Notes under the pieces: generated by a model
What the model was told of the DNA's origin: nothing
What the model saw: the letters and a program-made list of their open reading frames with translations, nothing else
Database searches by the model: none
DNA from: Promethearchaeota archaeon
GTDB taxonomy: Archaea > Asgardarchaeota > Lokiarchaeia > Sigyniarchaeales > SOKP01
DNA length: 64,000 nt
Direction of reading: 5' to 3'
Assembly (NCBI GenBank): GCA_019058245.1
Contig: JAHPZJ010000028.1
Coordinates: forward strand, 64,001-128,000
Part shown: positions 40,779-49,829 of the stretch, in pieces
Layout of the letters: each line of letters starts with the position of its first letter
Numbering within the stretch: position 1 is the stretch's first letter
Made by a program: the position numbers and the translations under genes

Positions 40779-43190
40779 TTAGGTTCTACAAAGTCTTTTT
40801 AAAAGAGTTGGATCTATTATCTCTTTTGGTTTCCATCCCTTCTCTTTTAGATATGCCATTATCTCATCTTTCATATTAATAGGAATATCCGCTTCCAGAC
40901 GGACAAATTTCTCTAAATCATTAGGAAATTCAACACCCTTATATTTTCTCTCTAAATCGATCCAATGAGATAATTTTATCATTCGTCCTTTAGAATTATC
41001 TGCAGGTCTTAAAGCTAATTTGGCGACTAAACAGATAGCTTGTTCTATACTTTCCGCGGTTGTTAATAGATGTTCAGGTCCAGGTCCCACTAGATGATCG
41101 GCTGTTCCATCTCGAGCATTGAATACTTTCCAAACATCTTCATCATCGGAGCGTCCAATATACATTCTTCTATATTCCGCGGCATGAGGGCCACAAACAG
41201 CTGGTACACCTAAACCATTTGCCATACTTGCAATACTTGCAGCTTTTTGAGACATAGCACCCCATGCAACACCAACTGCTCCAACTCTGTTTAAAACATA
41301 GTCAGCTATTTCTTCAAAATTACCACGTAATGGTCTTCGGGCGAAGATATTAGCAACTTTAATTGCAGCTCCAGTAATATGAGGATTACTTACGCAACTT
41401 CCTACATTTACTAAACCGCCTCTATCAAAATCACCCGGAAATCTATCATATAATGTTTTTCCATCTTCATCCTTTACAAGGCCAATATCCATTGCTCCAC
41501 AGCCTGAAACTACAACTATATAATTTCTTGTTAGAAATTCTTCAGCCATTTTATATAGTTCTTGAATTTCATGAGCATAACTCGCACATCCAATTATTGC
41601 AACAATTCCAGGGATTTCTCCTAAGACAATAGGGGCACCTACATTCCTAATTTCGGTGTCCATAATAGGTCCACGCCCTACTCTACAGTTGAATTTCTCA
41701 TTTCTAATCTGTTCTCTAGCGGCATATTGTAATAAAGTTAAAGGAGATACACCTTTCATACAGTCTCCTTCACATCGTCCACATCCCAAACACTCATCGA
41801 ATGCTCCTGCTAATACTGAGAAATCCCCATCTTTAGCTAATTTTACTCCTTCCACAAGTGGTAAATCATTTGGACAATTTCTTTGACAATTTCCACAGCC
41901 ATTACAATTCATCGCCATATCAATGCAACCTTGTTCATCAGGAACTCCACTTTTTGCTTTTCTAATTGGTTTGACTTTTATTGCAGTTTCAGCTGCTACT
42001 GCACCAGCTTTTATTGGATCTAAAATAAGGACACCGGGTTCCTTTCCACTTACTAAATCATCAACAATTTCATTGATAGGATCAGTGGTTCTATCAGGTA
42101 AACCGCTCATATTCTTTTCATTTGTAGCAATAAATGGAGCTCCAATCAACTGGGCTTGCTCAAATGATCTTAGATTTACACATTGTTCATCAACCATTAC
42201 TACATCTGGAAATCCCGATCGAATCACATGAAGCTGTCTTGACATTGATCCCACAATCTTAGCACCATCATAGTATCTCGTTAAATCATGGGCAGTACAA
42301 CAAATTGCTCCAACATCTACCTTTTCATCTATACCTTTTTCTCTTATATAATCAACTAATTCGACTCCAGGGGCAACGTTATGTCCAATCATCAAAATAA
42401 CTGCCTTACTCGTATCTAATGTTCCCATACCAAGTTCTACAATAGGAACATTAGGATCTCCCATAGGAAATCCGTACGCGGCAATTTGAACAGCATCAGA
42501 AATTTCCATACCTACAGAATCTGCTAATCCTGCTAAAAAGCTTTTTGATTCATAATCTAAATAAGAACTCTCTTGTCCTGTATGTCCCGCCGCTAATAAG
42601 TGTGTTATTGTAAAATGCACCCACTCCATAGCGGTTTCTAAATCTTCTAGGGTTTCAGGTTTCATACCGACAACTAATCTTGTGTGAGGCATCTCAACGG
42701 CTATATTATTCCCAAAATTAATTGGTACATTGCCATACTTTTCTTTTAACCAATGTAATAGATGATCTCCGTGGGCAGAATGGCACGCAGCGCCTATACA
42801 GCAGGCAATCTCTACTATCCGACTCTGTTGTGTCTCCATATTGATCCCGCATGCACCTGTTCGCCCCTTGGAAAGATTACATTTCCCATATGTGCATAAA
42901 CAGCACATATCACATTTGTCGTATATGCACAGATCAATTGTGCATATATATCGGCATGTAAAAAGGTTTGTATCTTTCCATCATTTTGAAAAACCAATTG
43001 CGTAGGGTTGGAATATGGGGCATAGGATTTTACCCTTGAGAAGTCATGCTTCAATCAAGTGAGGTCCCATAGGCTCCCATTCCGTCTCATCTCCGAAAGA
43101 AACTTTACCAGTAGTAAGTTCGAATCCTTTAATCGTTCCGAGAGGACCTTTATATTCATCTATTTTAACTTTAGCTCCTCTTTTTTCCAT
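40779..43190 (-). CDS. cdhA: CO dehydrogenase/acetyl-CoA synthase alpha subunit, predicted 3 exons (43190-43061, 43028-42950, 42915-40779), 781 aa spliced
   Basis: Spliced N-terminus MEKRG...[18 protein letters not shown]...[32 protein letters not shown], DEQC, two CxxCxxCxxxC, GSCVSN, WGAMSQKA. Protein identity is secure; exon structure is inferred. Confidence 0.93.
42916..42949 (-). other. Putative 34-nt BHB-type mRNA intron 2 in cdhA
   Basis: 10-bp hairpin UAUAUGCACA/UGUGCAUAUA, bulges AU|A and AA|A around GCCG:CGAC; removal restores the frame (MP-I-CDMCC). Confidence 0.8.
43029..43060 (-). other. Putative 32-nt BHB-type mRNA intron 1 in cdhA
   Basis: Hairpin CUUGA(UU)GAAG/CUUCUCAAG, bulges UC|A and AA|A around GACC:GGUA; removal restores the frame (MGP-H-PMP). 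Confidence 0.78.
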
Positions 43191-43423
43191 ATATTTTCAC
43201 TCAATTTTATTATTTTAATTTTGATTTCCTTTTTTAATTTTTTATAATTTAAAATAATTTTATTATTATTTGTTATAAATTATCCAATAAAATAAAAGCT
43301 ATTGATTAAGTTTTAAAATCGATATAATAAACTTGTTTATGGATAATTAGTGTGAAATTTCAAACTAAGGTTAAAAATGTCGCTTTTAATTTTAAAAAAA
43401 CAAGGATGAAAAATAAGTTAAAT

Positions 43424-44422
43424 TTAAGAAGAGAGTAAATTAAAAATCTCAGGAATTATATTATCAATATTGAAATTAGTTTTAACAGATGTAAATAAAA
43501 AATTCCACTTTCTGTTTTTTATTTTATTAAAATTGTAGAAATTAAAAAGTTCTTCTTTTAATAGTGTAAGTTGTTCATTATTACCTTTATCTGAATACTT
43601 AACTAAATCAGTTTTATTTCCTATAATAAGTAAGGGTGTTCCATTTAATTCATCCTTGTTCAATACATTCCAAAACTCTTTTCTTGATTCTTCAAACCTT
43701 CTTTGATTAGCTACATCAATCATATAGACGATAATGTTGGAATCTTGAAGTCCTTTTAACCATTTTGATCTAAATGATTTTTGTCCAGGCATATCCCATA
43801 CCGCAAGTAAGCCTTTTTCTTTTACAGGAATATATTCAATGTTGAATTTTCTCGTTGGAACAAAAAAATTATCATTAAATTCACCAGTTTTCAAACGTCT
43901 TACTAAACTGGATTTTCCCACTTCATCAATTCCAAAAAGAAAGATTTTGAAAAATGTTTCAGTCTGATAATAATATTCAATATCAAGAGGTTTCTCGATT
44001 ACTTCGTCACCAAACCTTCTAATATCAATGAACATAGAAATTAGTAAATTTTCAACTTCAATTTCATCATTAAAGGAGTACCCATTATTATCACTCAAAA
44101 TTTCAGTCAGCAATTCCTCTGTTATTTCTTTATAGTCATAAGGATTATCTTCATTGTCAAAAATTAACCCAATTATAATGTTTCCATTAATACAAGAAGA
44201 ATAAATATTCATTTCATTAGTAAATTGAGCAATTGGTTCAGCAATTTTGAATTGATTTATATTCGTTTTTTGGCTGCCTTCTTCCTTTTCATGATTTTTT
44301 ATAATCTCATTTATCAGTAATTTATCATTAATACTGATAATTTCATTTGGGTAACTATAAATATTTAGATCCTCTAAATCCTGAATTTCGTTTCCTTTAA
44401 ATAAAAATATATTAAGTAGCAA
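43424..44422 (-). CDS. Arf-like small GTPase with N-terminal longin-like domain
   Basis: GIDEVGKSS, PTRKFN, WDMPGQ..FR..W, GNKTD, TSVK. Confidence 0.88.
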   Translation of the reverse strand: MLLNIFLFKGNEIQDLEDLNIYSYPNEIISINDKLLINEIIKNHEKEEGSQKTNINQFKIAEPIAQFTNEMNIYSSCINGNIIIGLIFDNEDNPYDYKEITEELLTEILSDNNGYSFNDEIEVENLLISMFIDIRRFGDEVIEKPLDIEYYYQTETFFKIFLFGIDEVGKSSLVRRLKTGEFNDNFFVPTRKFNIEYIPVKEKGLLAVWDMPGQKSFRSKWLKGLQDSNIIVYMIDVANQRRFEESRKEFWNVLNKDELNGTPLLIIGNKTDLVKYSDKGNNEQLTLLKEELFNFYNFNKIKNRKWNFLFTSVKTNFNIDNIIPEIFNLLSS

Positions 44423-44594
44423 TTATACATCTAATTAGCTTAATTGATATATGTTTGAAAATAAAATTAACTTAAAAAAAGTTTGTAATCTTGCTGATAT
44501 CTTTTACTTTTAAAGTCTTTGGATTAAAATGTAAAAGACTTACCCCTCTTTGGCATTTATAAGGGATATTAATAAGCAAAATGTTGAGAAAATA

Positions 44595-46094
44595 TTATTC
44601 TTCTTCTTTTGATTCTTCAATAAAGTTATCAATACCTTCTTCAGAAGTATCTTCTTTAGGTTCTTCAGTATCCTCTTCTTTGGATTCTTCAATAGATTCT
44701 TGTTCCATTTTTTCACCTACGGGAGTGTCGCATACAGGACAACGACTCCATCCAGGTCTTAAACTATAACCACATTTAAGGCATTCCTTCATAGTCTCAT
44801 CTAGTTTCCATTCTGGTATATCCAGCCCACCTTGTCTTTTGCGGGCTAAATCTTGTAATTCATCCTCTGTCCAAACCTCCATTCCTTCAGGTAATCCTGT
44901 TCCCCGTTCAGAAGCAAATTTGGTCAATTCTTCTTCTGTCCATGCAGGCATATCAGGTTGTGAAGCCATTCGTTTTTGAGCTTCTTGAGCTAATTCTTCT
45001 GCAGTCCAAGTTTTTAATTCTTGACTTCCTGGAGTTCTAACACCACCAGTTTGTTGAGGTGCTACTTGAGTAGGAGCACTCGATTGTTGAGAGGGCACAT
45101 TACAACATTCTGCAGAAAATCTTAAAAGAGCTTCAAAACACCTTGAATATTTATTAGGTTCTTTTCCTTCATCGGTAACTAAAACTAGGGTGGTTTTATC
45201 AGCATTTTGAGGAATTGCTATACTATATAATGCAATATCTGAAGATATTCGTTCTGATTCGATACCCGAGCTGACTCGCTCTAAAGAATTCATTAATTCA
45301 TTATTATTCATTAGGAAATCACAAATTGGATCACCATGTCTTTGATAACCTTCATGATATTTTGCAAGATGATTTTTGTTTAGTGTAGAATCAAATGAAT
45401 CAATTATAGCCTTGATATAGGAATAATTTTGAGATTTTGGTTCCTTCTGAGTTTCATCCAGTTTAAAATCTCCTAAATCAATAGTTTCCATTATTGGAGC
45501 AAATAAAGGTTTTTCATTCTTCATTTTCCCAAAAACTATCGGACGTGAAAGAACACACTTTACTTCACCATAATAAGCAATAGCATTATCCAACAACTCT
45601 AATTTTCCATCAAAAACGATACGAGGGACTGTTCGAAATAATACATCCACCCATGGCATTTCTTTTATAGGAATTATTGCTACACATGTTTTTTCAATTA
45701 ACTCTCGTAGTTTTTTAGTATAATTTTTCAATTCCTTCTTGATATCTTCGAATTCTTCATTTTTTAATATATCATCAACCTTTTCTTCAAGTTCTTTAAA
45801 TTTTTCCTCATTTTTTTTTACATTTCCACCAAATGCTTTGAGTTCTCCTATGATATTATCTTTCATAATTATTGTCGCATTTTCGATTACTTTTTTCTGA
45901 AACTCCACGAGTTCTTGTTCTTCACTAGAAACTAAGTACTCCAAGGGATCAAATTCTAATTTGTTCAAGAAAATATTAAAAAGCTTTTGTTCTGACATTT
46001 CCTTTATTTTTTCTCCTAAATTATTTTGAATGAATAATAGATATTTGTAATTATAACAACCGATTGGATATAAAAATTTATTTGAATTAAGCAT
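44595..46094 (-). CDS. Hypothetical protein with WTxEEL repeats, zinc ribbon and acidic tail (start probably MSEQK ~45998)
   Basis: WTAEEL/WTEEEL/WTEDEL; CLKCG...CPVC. Confidence 0.75.
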   Translation of the reverse strand: MLNSNKFLYPIGCYNYKYLLFIQNNLGEKIKEMSEQKLFNIFLNKLEFDPLEYLVSSEEQELVEFQKKVIENATIIMKDNIIGELKAFGGNVKKNEEKFKELEEKVDDILKNEEFEDIKKELKNYTKKLRELIEKTCVAIIPIKEMPWVDVLFRTVPRIVFDGKLELLDNAIAYYGEVKCVLSRPIVFGKMKNEKPLFAPIMETIDLGDFKLDETQKEPKSQNYSYIKAIIDSFDSTLNKNHLAKYHEGYQRHGDPICDFLMNNNELMNSLERVSSGIESERISSDIALYSIAIPQNADKTTLVLVTDEGKEPNKYSRCFEALLRFSAECCNVPSQQSSAPTQVAPQQTGGVRTPGSQELKTWTAEELAQEAQKRMASQPDMPAWTEEELTKFASERGTGLPEGMEVWTEDELQDLARKRQGGLDIPEWKLDETMKECLKCGYSLRPGWSRCPVCDTPVGEKMEQESIEESKEEDTEEPKEDTSEEGIDNFIEESKEEE

Positions 46095-46106
46095 AAAATA
46101 TTTTCT

Positions 46107-46345
46107 TGAAGATATTGATGTGTTAATTATTGGAATTCTAGTTACTTCTTCGACAACGAAATTAATAAAAAAAAAGAACTTGAACTTCTAGATACTTAAG
46201 GAATTATAGTAAATGTCAGTAGAGGTGAAATAATTGATGAGGAAAGCTTATTCTATGCTTTAAAAAAAAAGATTATTCAAGTCGCTATTATTGATGTTTG
46301 GTATAATTATTTCCTAGAAATCGATGAGGAAGGTAAGAAATATAT
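46107..46345 (+). pseudogene. Fragment of D-2-hydroxyacid dehydrogenase (NAD-binding domain)
   Basis: DIDVLIIGILVTSSTTKLI, frameshift in A-run, ELELLDT*GIIVNVSRGEIIDEESLFYALKKKIIQVAIIDVWYNY. Confidence 0.8.
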
Positions 46346-46710
46346 ATATAATTAAATTAAATTATAATTTATAAATTGAAATTTTTTTTTAACTTTATTT
46401 TTATTAATTAAAAAGTTTTTATCCATTTTTTATACTTATCAAAAGTAGTAAAATATCATTAAATTTGAGGAGTATAGAAACGTTTTAAAAATTAACACAT
46501 TAATAAGCAATTTGGAATATGTAAGAAATGACAATTAAGTATCGCTTTAAATATATTAACCAGCTAAAAAAAAACATTTATATAGTAATGTGTGATAAAT
46601 ATTCTTATAAAAAAAATTGTGGTTTAAGGCGGTAATTTTAAAAAAAGGTTAAGTCAATTTGCCGTTTTTTGAATTCGGAAAATTAAAGAAAAGATATAAT
46701 GTGATTAAAT

Positions 46711-47004
46711 ATGAAAATAGTGACTGTCAATATTCCTGAATCATATCTCGATAGTATTGAAAAATTAGTAGGGGAGGGTGGTCTTTATCCCTCCAGATCG
46801 GAATTAATTCGAGTAGCTGTAAGAGATTTCTTACTTCGAGAGCTGAAGATGGCTGATACCATAGCTAAATATAAAGAGACTGAAATTGAAGATGGTTTTG
46901 ATAATGAGAATTTTGTAAGGGTACCAATTGAACGATTAAATAAAGATAAGGAACCAGTAAGAGAGTTTAAAACGTATAAAATCATTAAGCGATTAGAGTA
47001 TTAA
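46711..47004 (+). CDS. CopG/ribbon-helix-helix regulator
   Basis: MKIVTVNIPESYLDSIEKLV..G.YPSRSELIRVAVRDFL. Confidence 0.9.
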   Translation: MKIVTVNIPESYLDSIEKLVGEGGLYPSRSELIRVAVRDFLLRELKMADTIAKYKETEIEDGFDNENFVRVPIERLNKDKEPVREFKTYKIIKRLEY

Positions 47005-47184
47005 AAAATTTAAAATAACAGCTCTTTGTTATTATAGCAAAAGATGATCAGAAAAAGGATCACCTTTTTTTTTCTTTTTTTTTTATAACCCAACAATACT
47101 TATAATTACAAATGGGAGTATTAAATATAGAGTATTGAAATAATATTTATAATATCTATACTTAAAAAGAAAGAGGTAATTTTT

Positions 47185-48456
47185 ATTTCTGATGAGAAAG
47201 AGATTCCTGATCAGTATATTCCTAAGTTTATGGAGTGGGGTATAATTAACAAGGAAAATTTTAAGGACAAGACCAGTTATGATGTTCCAATTAAGAGATG
47301 GGACCCTTTATCAACAGTTACTATACAATCTAAAGATTTTGGTCTTAGGAAAGAGCGTGTAAGATACTATGGGCATTATTCATACATCAGTCCTATCCGG
47401 AGTGCCCGACCAAAGGGATTTAAGACTGAAGATGATGAAAAAAAATTTATGGATTGCTCAAAAAAATTTGTAGGTGGATTTAAAGATGTATTTAGTTCTA
47501 TTACAGAAGGTAAGATTGTATACGATGATGGGGGGAATCCTCTTAGTGATGGTTATACTATGATTATTACTCAAGACGAAAAGAGAATAGACAGTCCATT
47601 TTCAGAAGTGCCTTATAGAATAGAAAGGATTCCAAAAGCTTGTAGAGCCCTTAGTTTAATAAACAGGTATCCTTCAATGGCAAGAATTATAGATCCAGAT
47701 ATAACTGAGAATATTGTGAAAAAGCTTCCTCCTTATATAAAAATTTCAAGAGGAATTAATTTAGTAACCATCTCTCGAGATTTCTATCCTTCCTTATGTT
47801 TTAACTTAATTCCTACAGATGTATTAACCAGTATTTTTCTTTCTATGAAAGCGGCGATCCTTTATTGCATTGAGGAAGCTATAGAAAGAGATTATTATGA
47901 TATACCTGTAATGCCATTCTTCAATATAGGAACTAAAGTTGGAGGATCTCAACCACGAATTCATAGTCAGGTTTACATTGATCTAACTATGGATGGTCAT
48001 GGAAGTAGATTAGAGGGACATCTTGAAGCTTTTAAAGAAATGGGAGATAAATGTCATTTATGTATAACTTCTCATGGAGGATCTGATCGCATCATATTAG
48101 AAACGGAATTTTGGACCTTCTATACTACTGGGAGCCCTGTAAGAAATTATCACATAAGATTTCATCCAAATGAACATTTACGAAGATTTTCTCAACTAAA
48201 AGTCAATCAAATTGAAGACTTAGCAAGATCACTTAAAATGATTTTTCAAGCATTAGATGACTTAGAGATCGATAAAAACCGAAATATTTTATTTAATTGT
48301 TGCCCATTTGGTTATGATGCTAACTTTCATATGTTTGCTGATATTATCCCACACGAGATAATCGGTGGTGCTGAAATGGCTGATGATATGCGAGTAGCTA
48401 GAAAATTGCCGAATATAGCAGCCAAAGAAATAAGAGATTCATTGAAAATAATATAA
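47185..48456 (+). CDS. GalT-like (HIT superfamily) sugar-phosphate nucleotidyltransferase; start possibly ATT 47185 (first ATG 47230)
   Basis: NRYP, FFNIG..VGGSQPRIHSQ, CHLC, HMFADI.P...GGAE. Confidence 0.75.
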   Translation: MSDEKEIPDQYIPKFMEWGIINKENFKDKTSYDVPIKRWDPLSTVTIQSKDFGLRKERVRYYGHYSYISPIRSARPKGFKTEDDEKKFMDCSKKFVGGFKDVFSSITEGKIVYDDGGNPLSDGYTMIITQDEKRIDSPFSEVPYRIERIPKACRALSLINRYPSMARIIDPDITENIVKKLPPYIKISRGINLVTISRDFYPSLCFNLIPTDVLTSIFLSMKAAILYCIEEAIERDYYDIPVMPFFNIGTKVGGSQPRIHSQVYIDLTMDGHGSRLEGHLEAFKEMGDKCHLCITSHGGSDRIILETEFWTFYTTGSPVRNYHIRFHPNEHLRRFSQLKVNQIEDLARSLKMIFQALDDLEIDKNRNILFNCCPFGYDANFHMFADIIPHEIIGGAEMADDMRVARKLPNIAAKEIRDSLKII

Positions 48457-48646
48457 ATTATATTTTCTATTTTAAAAACATTGTAATTCAAGCATTTTTT
48501 TAATTCAGTATCATAATCTAAATATTTTCTAGCTCCTATAGATACATTTTATAATACTAACAGATAAGTTTTAAATTTCAATTAAAATTATATTTAAATC
48601 TATTGATTTTCTTATATTATTTAAAAATTTTTACGAGATTCAAAAA

Positions 48647-49795
48647 GTGAGAGATTGGTCTGCGATTATTCTGGCTGGGGGAAAAGGTAAAAGATTAATG
48701 CCTTTAACCTCGATAATTCCCAAACCACTTGTTAAGGTTACAAATGTACCTATGGTTGATTATGCGATAGCTCATTTAGTGTATGCTGGAATAAAACACA
48801 TTATATTAGCATTAGCTTATATGGGAAAGGAAATGAAAGAATATATTGAAAAAACTTGGACCCCAGACAGATTGGGGGATGTCGAGTTAGAATGTGAAAT
48901 TCAGCATAGCAAAGGGACTGCCGACGCTTATAGACTTTTAACAGACCAAATAGACTCTGAAAATGTCGCCGTATCAATGGCAGATATCGTGACAAACCTT
49001 CCTATGAAACGATTTATGGATTTTCACATTGAGAAAGGTGGAATATCGACTGTTTCAATGAAAACTGTTGAGAGTCATATTTCTCAATATGGTGTCGTTT
49101 TATTGGATAAAAATAGGAAAATTTATCTTTTTCTCGAAAAACCAGCACCAATGGAATTATATTTAAGTAGTATGGCTCAAAGAGAAGATCTCTTTTTACA
49201 CACCAATATAATTAATACAGGTATCTATTGTTTTAAAAAAGATTTAGGGGAAATCCTTCATGAAACTGGATTAATGGATTTTGGAGGTGAAGTTTTTCCA
49301 TATCTTCTTGAAAACAAATTTGATCTTTATGGTTTTGTAGAAAATTATTATTGGATGGATGCTGGGAATTCCACTACTTATTTATGGGCAAATTGGGATA
49401 TGTTACGTAAATATGCTTGGCCAATCCTACCTAATGGGGTTGAATATGATGGTATTTATATAATGGGAATAATTAACTCAGGGCAAAATATTAGAATTGA
49501 TAAGCCAACGTGTTTCGGAGAATATGTTTCTCTCTCGAATCGAGTTAAGATCAAAGAGTTGACATCTATAGGAAATAATGTCACTATTGGAGAAGACACA
49601 TTGATTGAGAAGAGTGTTATATGGGATGAAATTAAAATTGGAGCTGGTTGTATAATTACAGAAAGTGTAATCTGTAATAATTGTGAAATTGGAGAAAATG
49701 TAGTTTTAGAAAGAGCAATAATTGCACCAAATTGTAGAATTAGTGATAATTCGCAAATCCGTGATCGATCAATAGAACTTGGTCAAGAGATATAA
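48647..49795 (+). CDS. NDP-sugar synthase (sugar-1-phosphate nucleotidyltransferase with C-terminal beta-helix)
   Basis: AIILAGGKGKRLMPLT..PKPL, GTADA, YGVV, FLEKP, INTGIY, DFG, YWMDAG; hexapeptide tail. Confidence 0.92.
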   Translation: MRDWSAIILAGGKGKRLMPLTSIIPKPLVKVTNVPMVDYAIAHLVYAGIKHIILALAYMGKEMKEYIEKTWTPDRLGDVELECEIQHSKGTADAYRLLTDQIDSENVAVSMADIVTNLPMKRFMDFHIEKGGISTVSMKTVESHISQYGVVLLDKNRKIYLFLEKPAPMELYLSSMAQREDLFLHTNIINTGIYCFKKDLGEILHETGLMDFGGEVFPYLLENKFDLYGFVENYYWMDAGNSTTYLWANWDMLRKYAWPILPNGVEYDGIYIMGIINSGQNIRIDKPTCFGEYVSLSNRVKIKELTSIGNNVTIGEDTLIEKSVIWDEIKIGAGCIITESVICNNCEIGENVVLERAIIAPNCRISDNSQIRDRSIELGQEI

Positions 49796-49829
49796 GTCAA
49801 TCCAGTTTTTAAATATATTCATTATTTGT

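Noticed and set aside
42916-43060. Selenocysteine read-through of the UGA codons in the cdhA inserts
   Set aside because: The inserts are 32 and 34 nt, not multiples of 3, so read-through would not restore the frame
42916-43060. Ribosomal bypassing, or MITE insertion/pseudogenisation, as the explanation for the cdhA inserts
   Set aside because: Insert 2 has no matched take-off and landing codons; there are no target-site duplications or shared termini; the rest of the gene is intact; BHB geometry predicts both lengths exactly. Disfavoured but not excluded without RNA data
42815-43247. Track ORFs 42815-43054 (-) and 43059-43247 (+)
   Set aside because: Off-frame or antisense shadows of the cdhA exons
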